Assembly: GCA_949840345.1 (NCBI GenBank)
Contig: CATKWX010000001.1
Location: 155,538-219,537 of the forward strand
Length of the DNA: 64,000 nt
Direction of reading: 5' to 3'
From: an uncultured Eubacteriales bacterium
GTDB taxonomy: Bacteria; Bacillota; Clostridia; TANB77; CAG-508
The notes under the pieces are model-generated. The model did no database searches, was not told the origin of the DNA, and saw only the letters and a list, made by a program, of their open reading frames with translations. This document shows, one piece after another, positions 1 through 11,511 of this stretch. Every line of letters starts with the position of its first letter. Position 1 is the first letter of the stretch. A program made the translations under genes and the position numbers.

Positions 1-213
1 GTTTGTTTTCATCCTAGTGGTTTCTTTTTTTTCAACATCTTTTAAAAGAGTTGGTGTAACATTTCTTACTGGTGCAGATTTTGAATCTGTACTTTTTACC
101 ATTTTTTCTTCTACAAAGCTACTCCATGTACCACAACTTGGGCACTTACCTAGCCATTTTGCAGATTCATATCCACATTCATTACATACAAATACTGTTT
201 TAATTTTTGCCAT
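1..213 (-). CDS. radA: DNA repair protein RadA/Sms, N-terminal fragment (gene runs off window start)
   Basis: Minus-strand translation from ATG (complement of 211-213) gives [36 protein letters not shown]..., the canonical RadA zinc-ribbon N-terminus. An SD AAGGATGG lies upstream. It is absent from the ORF track only because it is truncated by the window edge. Confidence 0.8.
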   Translation of the reverse strand, partial: MAKIKTVFVCNECGYESAKWLGKCPSCGTWSSFVEEKMVKSTDSKSAPVRNVTPTLLKDVEKKETTRMKTN

Positions 214-228
214 AATACCATCCTTTAT

Positions 229-330
229 CAAAAATCTTTGATTTTTGTACTATTGGGCACAGTGGTGTAGCAAGATACGGGTATTCCCATAAACGGTGCC
301 CCTACACTATTCATTATTAATTTTTCACTT
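229..330. repeat. Family A mosaic repeat: SD-adjacent palindrome P (caaaaatctttgatttttg) plus 47-nt GC hairpin H3 (gggcacagtggtg...aaacggtgccc) plus CTACA plus heptamer fragment
   Basis: Modules recur at more than 25 loci in this window. Confidence 0.8.
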
Positions 331-442
331 TAATATAATATATCAATATAATAAATTTTTCAATATTTTTTAATTTAAATTGGAAATTTGTAGGCAGAAC
401 TGCCTTAAGAAATTTATTAGAAATTATTTATAAATTTGTCCT

Positions 443-781
443 CTATTGTTTGCCTACCTCATTAAATGTCAACCCCTCTCTTTTTAAAATTTCTTCAAGA
501 GAAATAGCTCCTTCATTTTCTTCTTTTTTTGTACTTTCATTTTCTTTAAGATAATCTAAATACATTACTTTTTCTGTAATATCCATATTCTCTAGAATTA
601 CTGTTGGCTCTAACTTTAGAAGTTCTGATTCAATTGCTTTTTCCATTAAAATTCTAATAGAGTTTAGGCATTCAATATTTAACCTTGGAGTCATTTTAAT
701 TACATCTTTAATTGCTTGTAATTGTGATTCACTCATATTTATATTCTCCTTTTCTTTTTGTATATTATATCTTTTTGTCAA
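443..781 (-). CDS. hypothetical protein (112 aa; possible start at internal Met16)
   Basis: Six-frame ORF with no recognisable motif. Confidence 0.35.
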   Translation of the reverse strand: MTKRYNIQKEKENINMSESQLQAIKDVIKMTPRLNIECLNSIRILMEKAIESELLKLEPTVILENMDITEKVMYLDYLKENESTKKEENEGAISLEEILKREGLTFNEVGKQ

Positions 782-820
782 ACAAATTGCAATAAAAATT
801 CTAAAAAAAATAGTGTAAGC

Positions 821-863
821 GGAACGGCGAGGGCGCCGTTCCCTACAATGTTTGCAATATGTT
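821..863. repeat. Family A: hairpin H1 (ggaacggcgagggcgccgttcc) plus CTACA plus Q box (atgtttgcaatatgtt)
   Basis: Exact copy of modules seen at 4616, 11424 and 22159. Confidence 0.85.
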
Positions 864-893
864 TTGTGTTAGTCATTATATCTATCAATAATT

Positions 894-2771
894 TTATTTG
901 TATAATTTATTTAATACAATTACAAATAGTGCGTGTGCCCAACCTAAACCTATTACCCAAGCTGGTTTCATTGTTTGGTTGTCTATTTGTTCTGCTATAA
1001 ATCCATGCTCTGTTGCAGAGTTTACTACATAACTAAAGCATTCTTTTGCTTTTTTCTTTTCTCCTGCTTCTATATAATAGTTTGCAAGCCAAAGGTTTGC
1101 TATTGTCCAAGGATTTCCTCCCATATAGTTATCGTTTTCATATCTTAAGTATCCTCCTGTATATGTTCTTAAAGTCATATTTATTCTTTCTACTGTATTT
1201 AATATTTTCTTTTCTTTTGGCTCAAATACTTTAAATGGAGTTACTGTTCCAAGTAAACTTATATCTATTTTTCCATCTTTATTTCTTATTAAAGTTTTCT
1301 TATCATTATCATATAAATTCTTTAATATATATCCTTTTAATTCTCTTAATAATTTTTCTAATTCTATAGTTCTTTTTTCTATCTGCTCTAGCTTTATCCT
1401 GTTTTCTTTGTATTCTGGTTTTACTACTTCATAAATCTTTATAAATGCATCAAATGCTGCAAATATTGTTGCTAATGAATATGTATGTATTCCCTCATTT
1501 TCTTCCCATATATCGTAGCTTAAAAATTCTTCTGCTTTTCCTTCTAGCATATTTGATACATATTTTTCTAAATAGTGTACAGCCTTTTCGCACATTTTTA
1601 AATTATCTTTTAAAAACTTTATTTCTTTTTGTTTTAAGTAATGATTATATACTCCATATACTACAGCGGCTGTCTCGTCTATTTGGTAGCCCCAGCAAGG
1701 TGCTAATGTTCCATCTGTATAGAAACGTTGCTCCCATCTTCCACTTTTACTTTGTGTATTTTTACAGAAGCTTTTGTAGAATTTTTCTGTTTCTTTTTTC
1801 ATATTTAATAAATCCATTGCTTCTGTTATAAATATTGCATCTCTAGGCCAACAATATGAATATCTTCCACAGTTTGTTCTATTTTCATCTACCTCTACTG
1901 CAGCTGATATTCCACCAGTTTGATTATTTGTTAATAGTGCATATAATAAAATTGTTCTTCTATATATTTTTTGTATTCTTATATTTTTCTCTGTTATTGG
2001 TAAGTTTAAGTCTAATCCATCATGCTCTCTTACATATTTCTTCCAATATTTTCTTGTTTGCTCTTCTTCTTTTTCTAAATCTAGTTTCTTTATTCTTGCT
2101 ATATTAGTTGAAATTAAAGATTTATTTTTTGCTTCTTCTATATAAATAAATAAATTAATTTCCTTAGTTTCACCTGGTTTTAATGTTCCTAAATTATAGC
2201 TAATACTTGAATCGCTAGACATCCCAATATAATCTTTTCCACCAATTGAACCTTCTTGTATGTTTGCTTCTGTATTATTTATTTGTGTAGTTGATATTTT
2301 ATTGTTTGAAAAACAAGCAAATGTGTAGTCATGCATATATTGTAATAATACGTCATCCTTTTTATATCCACTTACTTGATTATTATCATCTGTTAATAAT
2401 TTAGAATGAACTAATACATTTAATTCTAAATCTATTGTATTTTCATTTTTAAATTTATATCTTTTAACTAATACATTTTCTTTTATTGGGCAGAAATCCG
2501 TTTGCTCTAATTTTAATCTAAAATATGTATTAAATATTTCTGTTTTTAATATGTTTGTATCCTCTATATAATATTGGTTATATGCATTATTTACATCTTT
2601 ATGTGTATATATAATATTTGAATCATTTACTTTTATTCCTACATTAAAAAAGTCTATGAATTGTCTATAATCTATGTTTGGATAGTATAGCCTTAATAAT
2701 TCTCCTCTTTTTGTATAACTAGCACTTATTGTTCCATTTCCTATTACTGCATCATTAAAATATTTATTCAT
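894..2771 (-). CDS. glycoside hydrolase family 15-like protein (glucoamylase/glucodextranase-related)
   Basis: The ORF contains an RYSYCWPRDA (WxRD) motif and the alpha/alpha-toroid C-terminus typical of bacterial GH15. The true start is MNKYFNDAV at 2771, after an SD GAAGGAG. The ORF-track N-terminus MNSEEYK is read from the heptamer repeat. Confidence 0.5.
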   Translation of the reverse strand: MNKYFNDAVIGNGTISASYTKRGELLRLYYPNIDYRQFIDFFNVGIKVNDSNIIYTHKDVNNAYNQYYIEDTNILKTEIFNTYFRLKLEQTDFCPIKENVLVKRYKFKNENTIDLELNVLVHSKLLTDDNNQVSGYKKDDVLLQYMHDYTFACFSNNKISTTQINNTEANIQEGSIGGKDYIGMSSDSSISYNLGTLKPGETKEINLFIYIEEAKNKSLISTNIARIKKLDLEKEEEQTRKYWKKYVREHDGLDLNLPITEKNIRIQKIYRRTILLYALLTNNQTGGISAAVEVDENRTNCGRYSYCWPRDAIFITEAMDLLNMKKETEKFYKSFCKNTQSKSGRWEQRFYTDGTLAPCWGYQIDETAAVVYGVYNHYLKQKEIKFLKDNLKMCEKAVHYLEKYVSNMLEGKAEEFLSYDIWEENEGIHTYSLATIFAAFDAFIKIYEVVKPEYKENRIKLEQIEKRTIELEKLLRELKGYILKNLYDNDKKTLIRNKDGKIDISLLGTVTPFKVFEPKEKKILNTVERINMTLRTYTGGYLRYENDNYMGGNPWTIANLWLANYYIEAGEKKKAKECFSYVVNSATEHGFIAEQIDNQTMKPAWVIGLGWAHALFVIVLNKLYK

Positions 2772-2788
2772 ATGTATTTCTTCTCCTT

Positions 2789-2889
2789 CAAAATTTGTGA
2801 AGCAAATTTTGTATTCTTCACTATTCATTATTCACTATTCATTGGGCGCAATCATGCGCCCCTACGCCCCTACAGTGTTTGCAATAACT
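2789..2889. repeat. Family A: P' (caaaatttgtgaagcaaattttg) plus TATTCAY heptamer tandem plus hairpin H2 (gggcgcaatcatgcgccc) plus CTACG plus CCCCTACA plus Q-like
   Basis: P abuts the SD of the GH15 gene. Confidence 0.85.
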
Positions 2890-2892
2890 AAT

Positions 2893-4540
2893 TTAATTCA
2901 TTATATTACTTATTTGTTCTTCTAGTTGTTTTATTTTATTGTTCAGTTTTGCAATTTCTTCGTCTTGTACATTTTCTGTTAGTTTTTCTTCTTTTATCAC
3001 AGCTTCCATACCCTCTATATCTTCTCTTAATGCTTCTAATCTTTCTAATATTTCTAATCTTACATATTTGTATTTATCTTTTACGTCCACTCTTGATACC
3101 ATTTCAATATTATCGTCTATTTTATATGTTTCTCCTAAATTTGGTATAGATACTGGAATACCAGTTTCAGCTAATATTTTATCTCTTAAAACTAATTGTC
3201 CTTCTGGTTCTCCATGCACTAAAAATATATGTTTTGGTTTCTTTATAAAGGAATATATAAAATTCATTAACCACTCTTGGTCTGCATGTCCTGAATATCC
3301 TTCTATGTACTCTATTCTAGCATTAACCGCAATTTCTTCTCCAAATACTTTTACTTTTTTGGCACCTTCTACTATACTTCTTCCTAATGTTCCAGGTGCT
3401 TGATATCCTACAAATAGTATTGTGCTATTTGGATTCCATAAATTGTGTTTTAAATGATGCTTTATACGTCCAACCTCACACATACCACTTGCTGATATTA
3501 TTATTGAAGATTCATTACTTTCATTTAATGCCTTTGATTCATCTGCTGTTCTTGTAAATTTTAATCCTGGAAACTCTAATGGATTATTTCCATTTTGAAT
3601 TCTTTCCTTAACTTCCTCCTCAAACAAATCCATATTTTCTCTAAAGATTTCTGTAGCAGATATTGCTAGTGGGCTATCTACATATACTGGTGCTTTCATT
3701 AATTTATTATATTGTCTATAGAATTCCTCTGTTTGCCCTTCTGTATCTTTTAATTTGTCTAGTTCAAATAGTATTTCTTGTGTTCTACCAACTGCAAATG
3801 ATGGTATTACAACTGTTCCTCCTTTATCTAGAGTTTCTGAAACTATTTTTAGGAATAAAGATGCCTTATCATCATTTCTTAAATGTAATCTTCCTCCATA
3901 TGTTGATTCCATTACTAAATAATCTGTATCTTCTATCATTGTAGGTGAATCTAGTAATGGTATATCATTGTTTCCTATGTCTCCTGTAAAAACTGTTTTC
4001 CTTGTAACTCCATCTTCTGTTATCCATACTTCTATTATTGCAGAACCTAACATATGTCCTGCATCATTAAATCTAACTTTTATAGCTTCGTCTATATCTA
4101 TTATCTCATCATACTTAACTGGAACAAATAATTCCATACATTTTTCAGCATCTTCTGCTGTATATAATGGTGGTAATTCTGTTTTTCCTTCTCTTAATCT
4201 TTTTCTATTTTTCCACTCTATTTCAACTTCTTGTATATGTCCGCTATCTGGAAGCATTATAGAGCATAAATCGCAAGTAGCTTTTGTAGCTATTATTTTA
4301 TTTCTATATCCTTCTTTATATAATTTAGGAATTCTCCCTGAATGGTCAATATGTGCATGTGTAAGTAACACAAAATCTATTTCGTTTATGTCAAAAGCAA
4401 AATCTGCTTCATTTTGTATTTCTTCTCTAGCTTGTCCTTGATACATTCCGGCAGTCTACTAAGAATTTTTTTCCAGCTCCTTCTACCAAAAAGTTAGAAC
4501 CTGTTACAGTTTTGGTTGCCCCTAGAAATGTTATATTCAT
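2893..4540 (-). CDS. MBL-fold metallo-hydrolase with RNA-metabolising beta-CASP domain and C-terminal coiled coil; frameshifted
   Basis: HAHIDHSG motif and a beta-CASP region. The N-terminus MNITFLGATKTVTGSNFLVEGAGKKFLVDC lies in another frame at 4447-4540. The sequence is gactgcCggaatg where DCGMYQG is expected, i.e. one extra C before GGA near 4449. Confidence 0.65.
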
Positions 4541-4551
4541 ATATTCCTCCT

Positions 4552-4659
4552 TAAAAATCGAAGATTTTTGTATTCTTCACTATTCATTTTTCATTATGGT
4601 ATGCCTTCGAAGAACGGAACGGCGAGGGCGCCGTTCCCTACAATGTTTGCAATATGTTT
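4552..4659. repeat. Family A: P plus heptamers plus W (atggtatgccttcgaagaacgg) plus H1 plus CTACA plus Q
   Basis: P abuts the SD of the MBL hydrolase gene. Confidence 0.85.
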
Positions 4660-4664
4660 CATTA

Positions 4665-6185
4665 TTATTTTATAAATAGTCTAAACTTCTTACCCATCCT
4701 AGCCGTAAGTCCTTCTATCGTATCATAATGTATTGTTTTTTCTATGGTATCTTCATCAAAAATTCTAAGCATTATTTGATAGTTTTCAGCTTTAAATTGT
4801 AATTCTATATTTTCCAACTCTATTATGTTAGTCTCTAAAATTGTTCTTATAACTTCACTATTTATAGTCTCATTAATGCTGATTGGATTTAATACATTCA
4901 TTTTGCAAGCTAGATTATATATTATTTCTTGTGTTTTATATATACCTGTTTTTATATCTTCTACATCTCTTATTTGTTTATCCTTATAAGGTAGGAATAA
5001 ATAATATCTAATTTTGTATATTATTTCCATTATATCACTTCGGGTTTTAGCTTTTATTATTTTTTCTTGTATTCCTTCTATAAATCTTTTTTGTAATTCT
5101 AATATATAATAATAAATATCTTTTTTATCTTCTAATACTTCTAGTATTAGAAGATTTTCTTTTAATACTTCTTTTTCCTTTAAATATGATTTTGGTAACA
5201 TTTTGTCATTATAATCTTTTAATTTTATAAGTAAATTATTTTTTTCTAATTGTATCTGTTCTTCAAAATCACTAATACTAAATATTTTTCTATCTTCTTC
5301 TAATTCTTTATTTGTTTTTATAAATTCTCTTTTTAAGCATTTAACATCTGTTAAACATTTATCTATTGTTCTTATTCTCGTTTCTACTGCTTTTCTTTTA
5401 AAAGTAATGTCTTTTAAATATTTAGCTTTATCTTCCATCTCTTCTAATTGTTTTTTAAAATTTAATTTTTTTTCTTTATATTTTTTTATTTCATTTTTAT
5501 GATTATTTATATATATTAATAACGCTATTCTACATATTAATCTATATATAATTTTTGCTTTTTCGCTTTCATAAATTTGTTGTAATTTTTGTTTTAATTG
5601 TTCTTCAGTTCTTATATTATTTCCTAGTAACATTAATATGTTTTGAAATACTAAATTACACTCTATACTTTCTATTAGTTTTGCTTCGATGTGCCAAGCC
5701 CATCCGTCAAAATCTCTTATTACTTCTTTTGCATTTATATTGTTTCCATATTGAAATAACTCTTTTAAGGGTTTTCCTACTATTTCATTATCAAATTTAT
5801 ACTCTAAATTTCTTAAACTTAATATAGCAAAAAGTAAAGCTTGTTCATTATATAATGAAATAATGTTTTTCTTTTCTTTATCTACTATACATTTTTCCTT
5901 TTGTGATATAAATTTATTGTATCTTTCATCTGATGGTTTTACCAATTCTATACTTTCACAATTATCTCTTAAAGCTTTTATTATATCTTCTATAAATTCT
6001 CCCTTAGTTTGTTTTATATTCTTTACTCTGTAATAATCATTATAGGATACTTCAATTTTATATAATATTGTAAGAAGAAAGTTTTTGGTTTCACTAGAAA
6101 AATTCTTTGTTTCTAGTATTTCTTCTAGCTGATTATTGTAGTCTTTTATATTAAGTTTACCAAATATATCTTCTTTTTTTGTCAT
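4665..6185 (-). CDS. hypothetical coiled-coil protein (506 aa)
   Basis: Long Lys/Glu-rich ORF with an SD GAAAGGAAAC. No recognisable catalytic motif. Confidence 0.4.
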   Translation of the reverse strand: MTKKEDIFGKLNIKDYNNQLEEILETKNFSSETKNFLLTILYKIEVSYNDYYRVKNIKQTKGEFIEDIIKALRDNCESIELVKPSDERYNKFISQKEKCIVDKEKKNIISLYNEQALLFAILSLRNLEYKFDNEIVGKPLKELFQYGNNINAKEVIRDFDGWAWHIEAKLIESIECNLVFQNILMLLGNNIRTEEQLKQKLQQIYESEKAKIIYRLICRIALLIYINNHKNEIKKYKEKKLNFKKQLEEMEDKAKYLKDITFKRKAVETRIRTIDKCLTDVKCLKREFIKTNKELEEDRKIFSISDFEEQIQLEKNNLLIKLKDYNDKMLPKSYLKEKEVLKENLLILEVLEDKKDIYYYILELQKRFIEGIQEKIIKAKTRSDIMEIIYKIRYYLFLPYKDKQIRDVEDIKTGIYKTQEIIYNLACKMNVLNPISINETINSEVIRTILETNIIELENIELQFKAENYQIMLRIFDEDTIEKTIHYDTIEGLTARMGKKFRLFIK

Positions 6186-6199
6186 CTCGTTTCCTTTCT

Positions 6200-6310
6200 C
6201 AAAACTCGAAGAGTTTTGTACTCTTCACTATTAACTATTCATTATTCACTATTCAATTTTACTATGGTATGCCTTCGTAGCACGGAACGACGAGGGCGTC
6301 GTTCCCTACA
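6200..6310. repeat. Family A: P'' (caaaactcgaagagttttg, compensatory variant) plus heptamers (TATTAAC/TATTCAT) plus W plus H1' (ggaacgacgagggcgtcgttcc) plus CTACA
   Basis: Lies between the ftsK stop and the start of the 506-aa ORF. Confidence 0.85.
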
Positions 6311-6315
6311 ATTAA

Positions 6316-8805
6316 TTATTCATTTTCTTCTGGTTGTGGTGGAATATCAGTTGTATCAATATTATCATTATTTTGCTGAGGTTCTGATGGTTCTATTGGT
6401 TTTGCCATTTTTAGTTCAGCTAATTTTTCTTTGGTTAATAATACTTCTCTTGGTTTACTTCCTTGATATCCTGATATTACTCCTCTTTGCTCCATTTGAT
6501 CCATTATTCTTCCTGCTCTTGCATAACCTACTTTAAATCTTCTTTGTATAAATGATGTTGAAGCTTGTCTTGTTTCTACAACTAAGTCTATAGCCTCCAT
6601 TAAAAATGGATCTGTATCATCTTCCTCTGCAGCTTCGTCTATTTCTTTATCTGTGCTATTTGCTTTTTCTATTTTTTCTAATATGTCATCACTATATGTT
6701 GGTTCAAAATTAGATTTTAAAAATTCGACTATGCTTTCTACTTCTTTATCTGATACAAATGCGCCTTGAATTCTAGTAGGTTTTGATGAACCTATTGGGC
6801 AAAATAGCATATCTCCTTTTCCTAATAGTTTTTCTGCTCCAACAGAATCTAATATTGTTCTTGAATCTACTTGTGAAGATACGGCAAACGCTATTCTTGA
6901 TGGTACATTGGCTTTAATTATACCTGTAATTACATCTACAGATGGTCTTTGTGTAGCTATTACTAAATGCATTCCTGCTGCTCTTGCCATTTGTGCTAAT
7001 CTACAGATTGCATCTTCTACATCCTTTGCTGCAACCATCATTAAATCTGCCAACTCGTCTATTATTATTACTATTTGTGGTAGTTTTTCTCCGCCACCTT
7101 CTTTTTCTAATGCTTCATTATATCCTTTTATATCTCTAACACTTTTATCTGCAAATAATTTGTATCTATTAACCATTTCTTGCACAGCCCATGCTAATGC
7201 TCCTGCTGCTTTTTTAGGGTCTGTTACAACTGGAATTAATAGATGTGGTATTCCATTATAAACCGATAATTCAACTACTTTAGGGTCTACCATTACAAGT
7301 TTTACTTCGCTTGGTTTTGCTTTATATAAAATACTTGTTATTAATGTATTTATACATACACTCTTACCAGAACCTGTAGAGCCAGCAATTAACACGTGTG
7401 GCATTTTTGCAATATCTGTGACAATTTCTTCACCACTTACATCTTTTCCTAATGCAAATGCTAATTTTGATTTTTCATTTTTGAATTTATCTGTATCTAT
7501 TATGTCTCTTAAGTGTACAACTTGTTTTTCCTTGTTTGGTACTTCTATTCCAACAGCTTGTTTCCCTGGTATTGGAGCTTCTATTCTTATACTTTCTGCT
7601 GCTAAGTTTAGGGCAATATCATCTGCTAAATTAGCAATTTTGCTAACTCTTACCCCTTCTGCTGGTTTTAATTCATATCTAGTTATTGCAGGTCCAACTG
7701 ATACTTTTTCTACTTTTGCAGACACTCCAAAACTATATAATGTTTTATTTAGTCTGTTTGCTGTTTCAGCTAAAGTTTGTTTTTCTGTAGTATTTCTATT
7801 TTCTCCAACTTGCATTAAATCTATAGGAGGAAATTCATAGTTTTCATCTTCTACAGTTAATGTATGTTCTAAAACTAATACTTGTTTTGTTTTATCTTCT
7901 TTAACCTCTTGTTCTTGTTTGAAGAAATTTTCTTCATCTGTGGGTTTTGTAGCTTGTTCTATATTTTGTTGTTCTATTGGTAAGTCCATATCTGGTCCAA
8001 TATCTGGCACTATAGATTTTCGTTTTTGTTTAAGATTTTCTACACCAAGTGTATTTAAGTCGTCTGGTCCATGCTCATATTTTTTCATACTTCTTTTATC
8101 ATTCATATTTATTGTTATTTCATCTTCTAATAAATCTTGTAGTTCAGAAATAGTCTTTGTTGACTTTCCTTCTCTTTTCTTTTCTATTCTTTCTTGCCTA
8201 ATTTTTTCTCTGTTTTGCCTATTTTCTTCTCTATTATCTTTTGTTTTTTCTACTGCGTCTGCAAGCATTGCTGATGGCTTTAGTCCCATAACAAAAACCG
8301 CCATCGCAATTCCTACGCCTATTATTAGTATTATTGTGCAAGGTACTCCTATTAATTTTACTAATGGTGCTGCAAGCATTGTACCATATGCTCCTCCACC
8401 TTTATTTTGAGTCCCTAATATATATCCATCTGTTATTGTATCCCAATATTCACCATTACTTAATTTTTCTTTTGGCATTCCTATTATGCTCATTATAATT
8501 GCAATACAAGTTAAAATTAATACTATTTGTAAAAATTTCTTTAGCATATATTCTTTATCTTCACACACCAAATAAATAGCCATTAAAAATAATGCTACAG
8601 GTACTAAATATTTTATCCATCCTATAACTCCCCCTAGGAAGCTACTTAGTGATTGTCCAATATTTCCTTGATTTCCATATATTAATATTGCTGAAATTAT
8701 ACTTGAAATTATTAAAATAACTACTTCTAAATCTATACTTGCTACTTTATTCTTTTTTTTGCTTTTTCTTCTTTTTGCCATTTTGTATTTCATTCCTTTC
8801 ATCAA
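6316..8805 (-). CDS. ftsK: DNA translocase FtsK/SpoIIIE
   Basis: N-terminal TM segments, a Pro/Glu-rich linker, the FtsK motor with Walker A GSTGSGKS, and a gamma domain with a winged helix. The start is uncertain among three ATGs at 8781-8802. Confidence 0.9.
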   Translation of the reverse strand: MMKGMKYKMAKRRKSKKKNKVASIDLEVVILIISSIISAILIYGNQGNIGQSLSSFLGGVIGWIKYLVPVALFLMAIYLVCEDKEYMLKKFLQIVLILTCIAIIMSIIGMPKEKLSNGEYWDTITDGYILGTQNKGGGAYGTMLAAPLVKLIGVPCTIILIIGVGIAMAVFVMGLKPSAMLADAVEKTKDNREENRQNREKIRQERIEKKREGKSTKTISELQDLLEDEITINMNDKRSMKKYEHGPDDLNTLGVENLKQKRKSIVPDIGPDMDLPIEQQNIEQATKPTDEENFFKQEQEVKEDKTKQVLVLEHTLTVEDENYEFPPIDLMQVGENRNTTEKQTLAETANRLNKTLYSFGVSAKVEKVSVGPAITRYELKPAEGVRVSKIANLADDIALNLAAESIRIEAPIPGKQAVGIEVPNKEKQVVHLRDIIDTDKFKNEKSKLAFALGKDVSGEEIVTDIAKMPHVLIAGSTGSGKSVCINTLITSILYKAKPSEVKLVMVDPKVVELSVYNGIPHLLIPVVTDPKKAAGALAWAVQEMVNRYKLFADKSVRDIKGYNEALEKEGGGEKLPQIVIIIDELADLMMVAAKDVEDAICRLAQMARAAGMHLVIATQRPSVDVITGIIKANVPSRIAFAVSSQVDSRTILDSVGAEKLLGKGDMLFCPIGSSKPTRIQGAFVSDKEVESIVEFLKSNFEPTYSDDILEKIEKANSTDKEIDEAAEEDDTDPFLMEAIDLVVETRQASTSFIQRRFKVGYARAGRIMDQMEQRGVISGYQGSKPREVLLTKEKLAELKMAKPIEPSEPQQNNDNIDTTDIPPQPEENE

Positions 8806-9047
8806 AAATCGAAGATTTTTGTACTCTTCACTATTAACTATTAACTATTAACTAGGTCATTCCTTTGGGGTTCGGAACGACGAGGGCGTCGTTCCCTACA
8901 TACCATTATTCACTATTCATTATTCACTGGGCGCATGCTTGCGCCCCTACGCCCCTACATACCATTATTCATTAATGCATTTTAGGGTATTCCTTCGGAG
9001 CACGGAACGACGTTGGTCTGTTCCCTACAGTTTTTGCAATACATTTG
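8804..9047. repeat. Family A compound array: P plus (TATTAAC)x3 plus H1' plus CTACA plus heptamers plus H2' plus CTACG/CCCCTACA plus W plus degenerate H1 plus CTACA plus Q-like
   Basis: Three hairpin units in 240 bp upstream of ftsK. Confidence 0.85.
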
Positions 9048-9124
9048 TTATAAATTTAAAAAATCAGGAATTTGGAAATCATATTTGATTTTTGTGACTT
9101 CCAAATTCCTGACTTCCAGAAAAA

Positions 9125-9616
9125 TTATTTCAATTCGTTTCTATCTTTTTTTATTTTCTTTATTGTTTCTTCTAACATTACTTCTATTTCTGAAACTGTT
9201 CCTACTAATGTATTTCCTACTTCTTTTACTCTTTCTTCAACAGTTCCTAAAATATCATCTGCATACTCTTTTGTTCCTCTATTTATTTCTCTTGCCATTT
9301 CGTTTGCAGTTTCTATAATTTGAGCTTTTTGTTCATATGCCTTTCTTGTTATTTCGTGCTCATCTATCATTGAAATTATTCTATTTTCTGCTTCTTTAAC
9401 AATGTCATCAGCTTCTTTTTGTGCTTCTTCTAGAATTCTTACTCTTTCCTCTTTTACCCATTTTGCTTGTTTTAATTCATCTGGGAGTTTTAGCCTTATT
9501 TCTTTAATTAATTCTAAAATTTCTTCTTTATCTACAATTCCTTTACTAGAGAATGGTACTGTTTTACTTCTTTCTAGTATATCCTCTAAAGTTTCTAATA
9601 ATGTGAATATTTCCAT
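9125..9616 (-). CDS. hypothetical coiled-coil protein (ATP-synthase-B-like/DUF)
   Basis: 163-aa charged helical ORF lying between rsmD and ftsK. Confidence 0.3.
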   Translation of the reverse strand: MEIFTLLETLEDILERSKTVPFSSKGIVDKEEILELIKEIRLKLPDELKQAKWVKEERVRILEEAQKEADDIVKEAENRIISMIDEHEITRKAYEQKAQIIETANEMAREINRGTKEYADDILGTVEERVKEVGNTLVGTVSEIEVMLEETIKKIKKDRNELK

Positions 9617-9620
9617 TGTT

Positions 9621-10181
9621 TTACCCCTTTCGATTTAAAAACATAAGCTTTACTCTTCCATATTTTCTTATATCATTTATATTTATATCTATTTGTTCTA
9701 TATATTTTGTTTCTCGTTGTTCGTCTTCTGTTTCTATTATAATAAGTCCATCTTTTGAAATTAAATCTAATGCAACAATTCTTTTTATCGCATCTACTGC
9801 AAAGTTTGTTTTATATGGTGGGTCTAAAAATATCAAATCAAATTTCATATCTTTATTCTTCAATATTTGTAAACATTTTGTATAATTATCATTTATTACA
9901 ATAGTCTTGTCCATCATTTTTGTTTTTTCTATATTTTGATTAATTATTTTTATTGCTTCAATATTATTATCACAAAGTATAGCTGTTTTTGCTCCTCTAC
10001 TTATTGCTTCTAACCCTAATGCTCCACTACCAGAAAACAAATCTAAAACATTTGCATCTAGTATCTTGTTTTGTATAATACTAAATAAAGCTTCTTTTAC
10101 TCTATCTAGAGTAGGTCTTGTTTTTTCGCCTTGTAAAGTAACTAATTTTGTTCCTCTAGCAGTTCCACTTATAATCCTCAT
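9621..10181 (-). CDS. rsmD: 16S rRNA (guanine966-N2)-methyltransferase RsmD
   Basis: LDLFSGSGALGLEAISRGA SAM motif and FLDPPY motif. Confidence 0.8.
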   Translation of the reverse strand: MRIISGTARGTKLVTLQGEKTRPTLDRVKEALFSIIQNKILDANVLDLFSGSGALGLEAISRGAKTAILCDNNIEAIKIINQNIEKTKMMDKTIVINDNYTKCLQILKNKDMKFDLIFLDPPYKTNFAVDAIKRIVALDLISKDGLIIIETEDEQRETKYIEQIDININDIRKYGRVKLMFLNRKG

Positions 10182-10377
10182 ATATATCCTCTTTGCTATA
10201 TATATTTTATTCTATAAATTATATATGTCAATATTCTTAACAGAATTGTAACAAATATATAATATTGTTGTAATAAAACAATATTGCAATTATACACTAT
10301 CTTTTGTCTTTTTTCAATAGTATATGTGTATTACATCATTTTTTTCAAAATCAAGCTTATTTTCTAAAACTAATCAT

Positions 10378-11295
10378 CTATTTCAATTCATATTCTATTA
10401 CATTATAGAAATTATAAAACTCATATCCATTTTCTCTAAAGTAATCTATTACTTCTTGTAATGTTTCATACGTTAGTATTTTATCTCCTGCATCATGCAT
10501 TAAAACCACGACACTATTTTTATTTGCAGAATATTTTTTAATAAATTCTACTAATTGTTCTTTTGTTCTATTTCCAGAGGAATCTTCATTTAAACAGTTC
10601 CAGTCTACATAGAAAACATTTTGTTCTCCTAATATTTTTTTATATTCTCTTTTTACTTTATCATATTTTCCACCAGTTGAGCCACCCGGAAATCTAAATA
10701 AATGTGAAGAGTATTCTGGAATTCCTATAGCATTTCTTATTGCATCTTCTGTTTTATTATACTCATCTAATAAACTTTCTTTACTACTATATATACTTGA
10801 ATACACATGAGAATACCCATGATTTGCAATATAATGTCCTTCTTGATATTCTCTTTTTACAATTTCAGGATTTTGATTAACCCTACTTCCTAATGTAAAA
10901 AACGTAGCTTTGATGTTATTTTCTTTTAATAAATCTAATATTAATGGAGTTATATTACTAGAAGGTCCATCATCAAACGTTAAAAATACCCTTTTATTTT
11001 CCTTAGTAGATGTATATACATTCTTCATATTTTCTCTACCTAATTCTGTATATATTGGTATTTTATTTTTCATTTCTTTTGTTTCTTCTATTTCTTTATT
11101 TGGTTCATTTATATCTGTAACATTATCACTTTCATTTGCTTTTATGGCACATCTTATTCCTAAAACTGTACTTAAAGCTACTACAATTACTAAAACTATT
11201 AAAAATATAACTAATCCTTTGTTATTCTTCTTATTATTAGAATTCTCTACTTTTATCATATAAAACTCTTCTATTTTCTTTTGCATATTTTTCAT
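10378..11295 (-). CDS. polysaccharide deacetylase (NodB homology domain), membrane-anchored
   Basis: TFDDGP and HGYSH NodB motifs, with an N-terminal TM segment. Confidence 0.7.
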   Translation of the reverse strand: MKNMQKKIEEFYMIKVENSNNKKNNKGLVIFLIVLVIVVALSTVLGIRCAIKANESDNVTDINEPNKEIEETKEMKNKIPIYTELGRENMKNVYTSTKENKRVFLTFDDGPSSNITPLILDLLKENNIKATFFTLGSRVNQNPEIVKREYQEGHYIANHGYSHVYSSIYSSKESLLDEYNKTEDAIRNAIGIPEYSSHLFRFPGGSTGGKYDKVKREYKKILGEQNVFYVDWNCLNEDSSGNRTKEQLVEFIKKYSANKNSVVVLMHDAGDKILTYETLQEVIDYFRENGYEFYNFYNVIEYELK

Positions 11296-11407
11296 CCTTT
11301 TTAAACATTATTAGACAATCATTACTATTATACTACATTATGTATTAATTTAAAACAATATTTTTAATATTTCCTAGTTTTATTATATTTTGCAGAATTT
11401 AAGAAAA

Positions 11408-11466
11408 GTGGCAATGCCACACGGAACGGCGAGGGCGCCGTTCCCTACAATGTTTGCAATATGTTG
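11408..11466. repeat. Family A: small hairpin gtggcaatgccac plus H1 plus CTACA plus Q
   Basis: Lies between the ileS terminator and the deacetylase gene. Confidence 0.8.
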
Positions 11467-11477
11467 ATTACAAGCAA

Positions 11478-11510
11478 TAAAATAAGAACGACTTTTGTCG
11501 TTCTTATTTT
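11478..11510 (-). terminator. rho-independent terminator after ileS (bidirectional hairpin)
   Basis: The sequence aataagaacgac-tttt-gtcgttcttatt forms a perfect 12-bp stem flanked by T/A runs immediately 3' of the ileS stop. Confidence 0.6.
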
Positions 11511-11511
11511 A

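Noticed and set aside
17-241. Plus-strand 74-aa ORF at the window start.
   Set aside because: It lies antisense to the clear RadA N-terminus on the minus strand and has no SD or motif.
2772-2828. MNSEEYK... N-terminal extensions of the GH15, sigF and similar ORFs.
   Set aside because: These extensions are translations of the TATTCAY heptamer tandem repeat (agtgaataatgaatagtgaag). The real starts follow AGGAGG-type SDs downstream.
6908-8410. Long plus-strand ORFs overlapping ftsK (117-163 aa), and similar antisense ORFs inside ileS, sufB and others.
   Set aside because: They are low-complexity Ser/Phe/Ile-rich translations of the antisense strand of AT-rich genes, with no SDs.
8800-9050. Possible CRISPR array, given repeated GC hairpins followed by CTACA.
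   Set aside because: Hairpin units differ in sequence, spacing is irregular and there are no unique spacers. No cas genes are present, and copies are dispersed at more than 25 loci.
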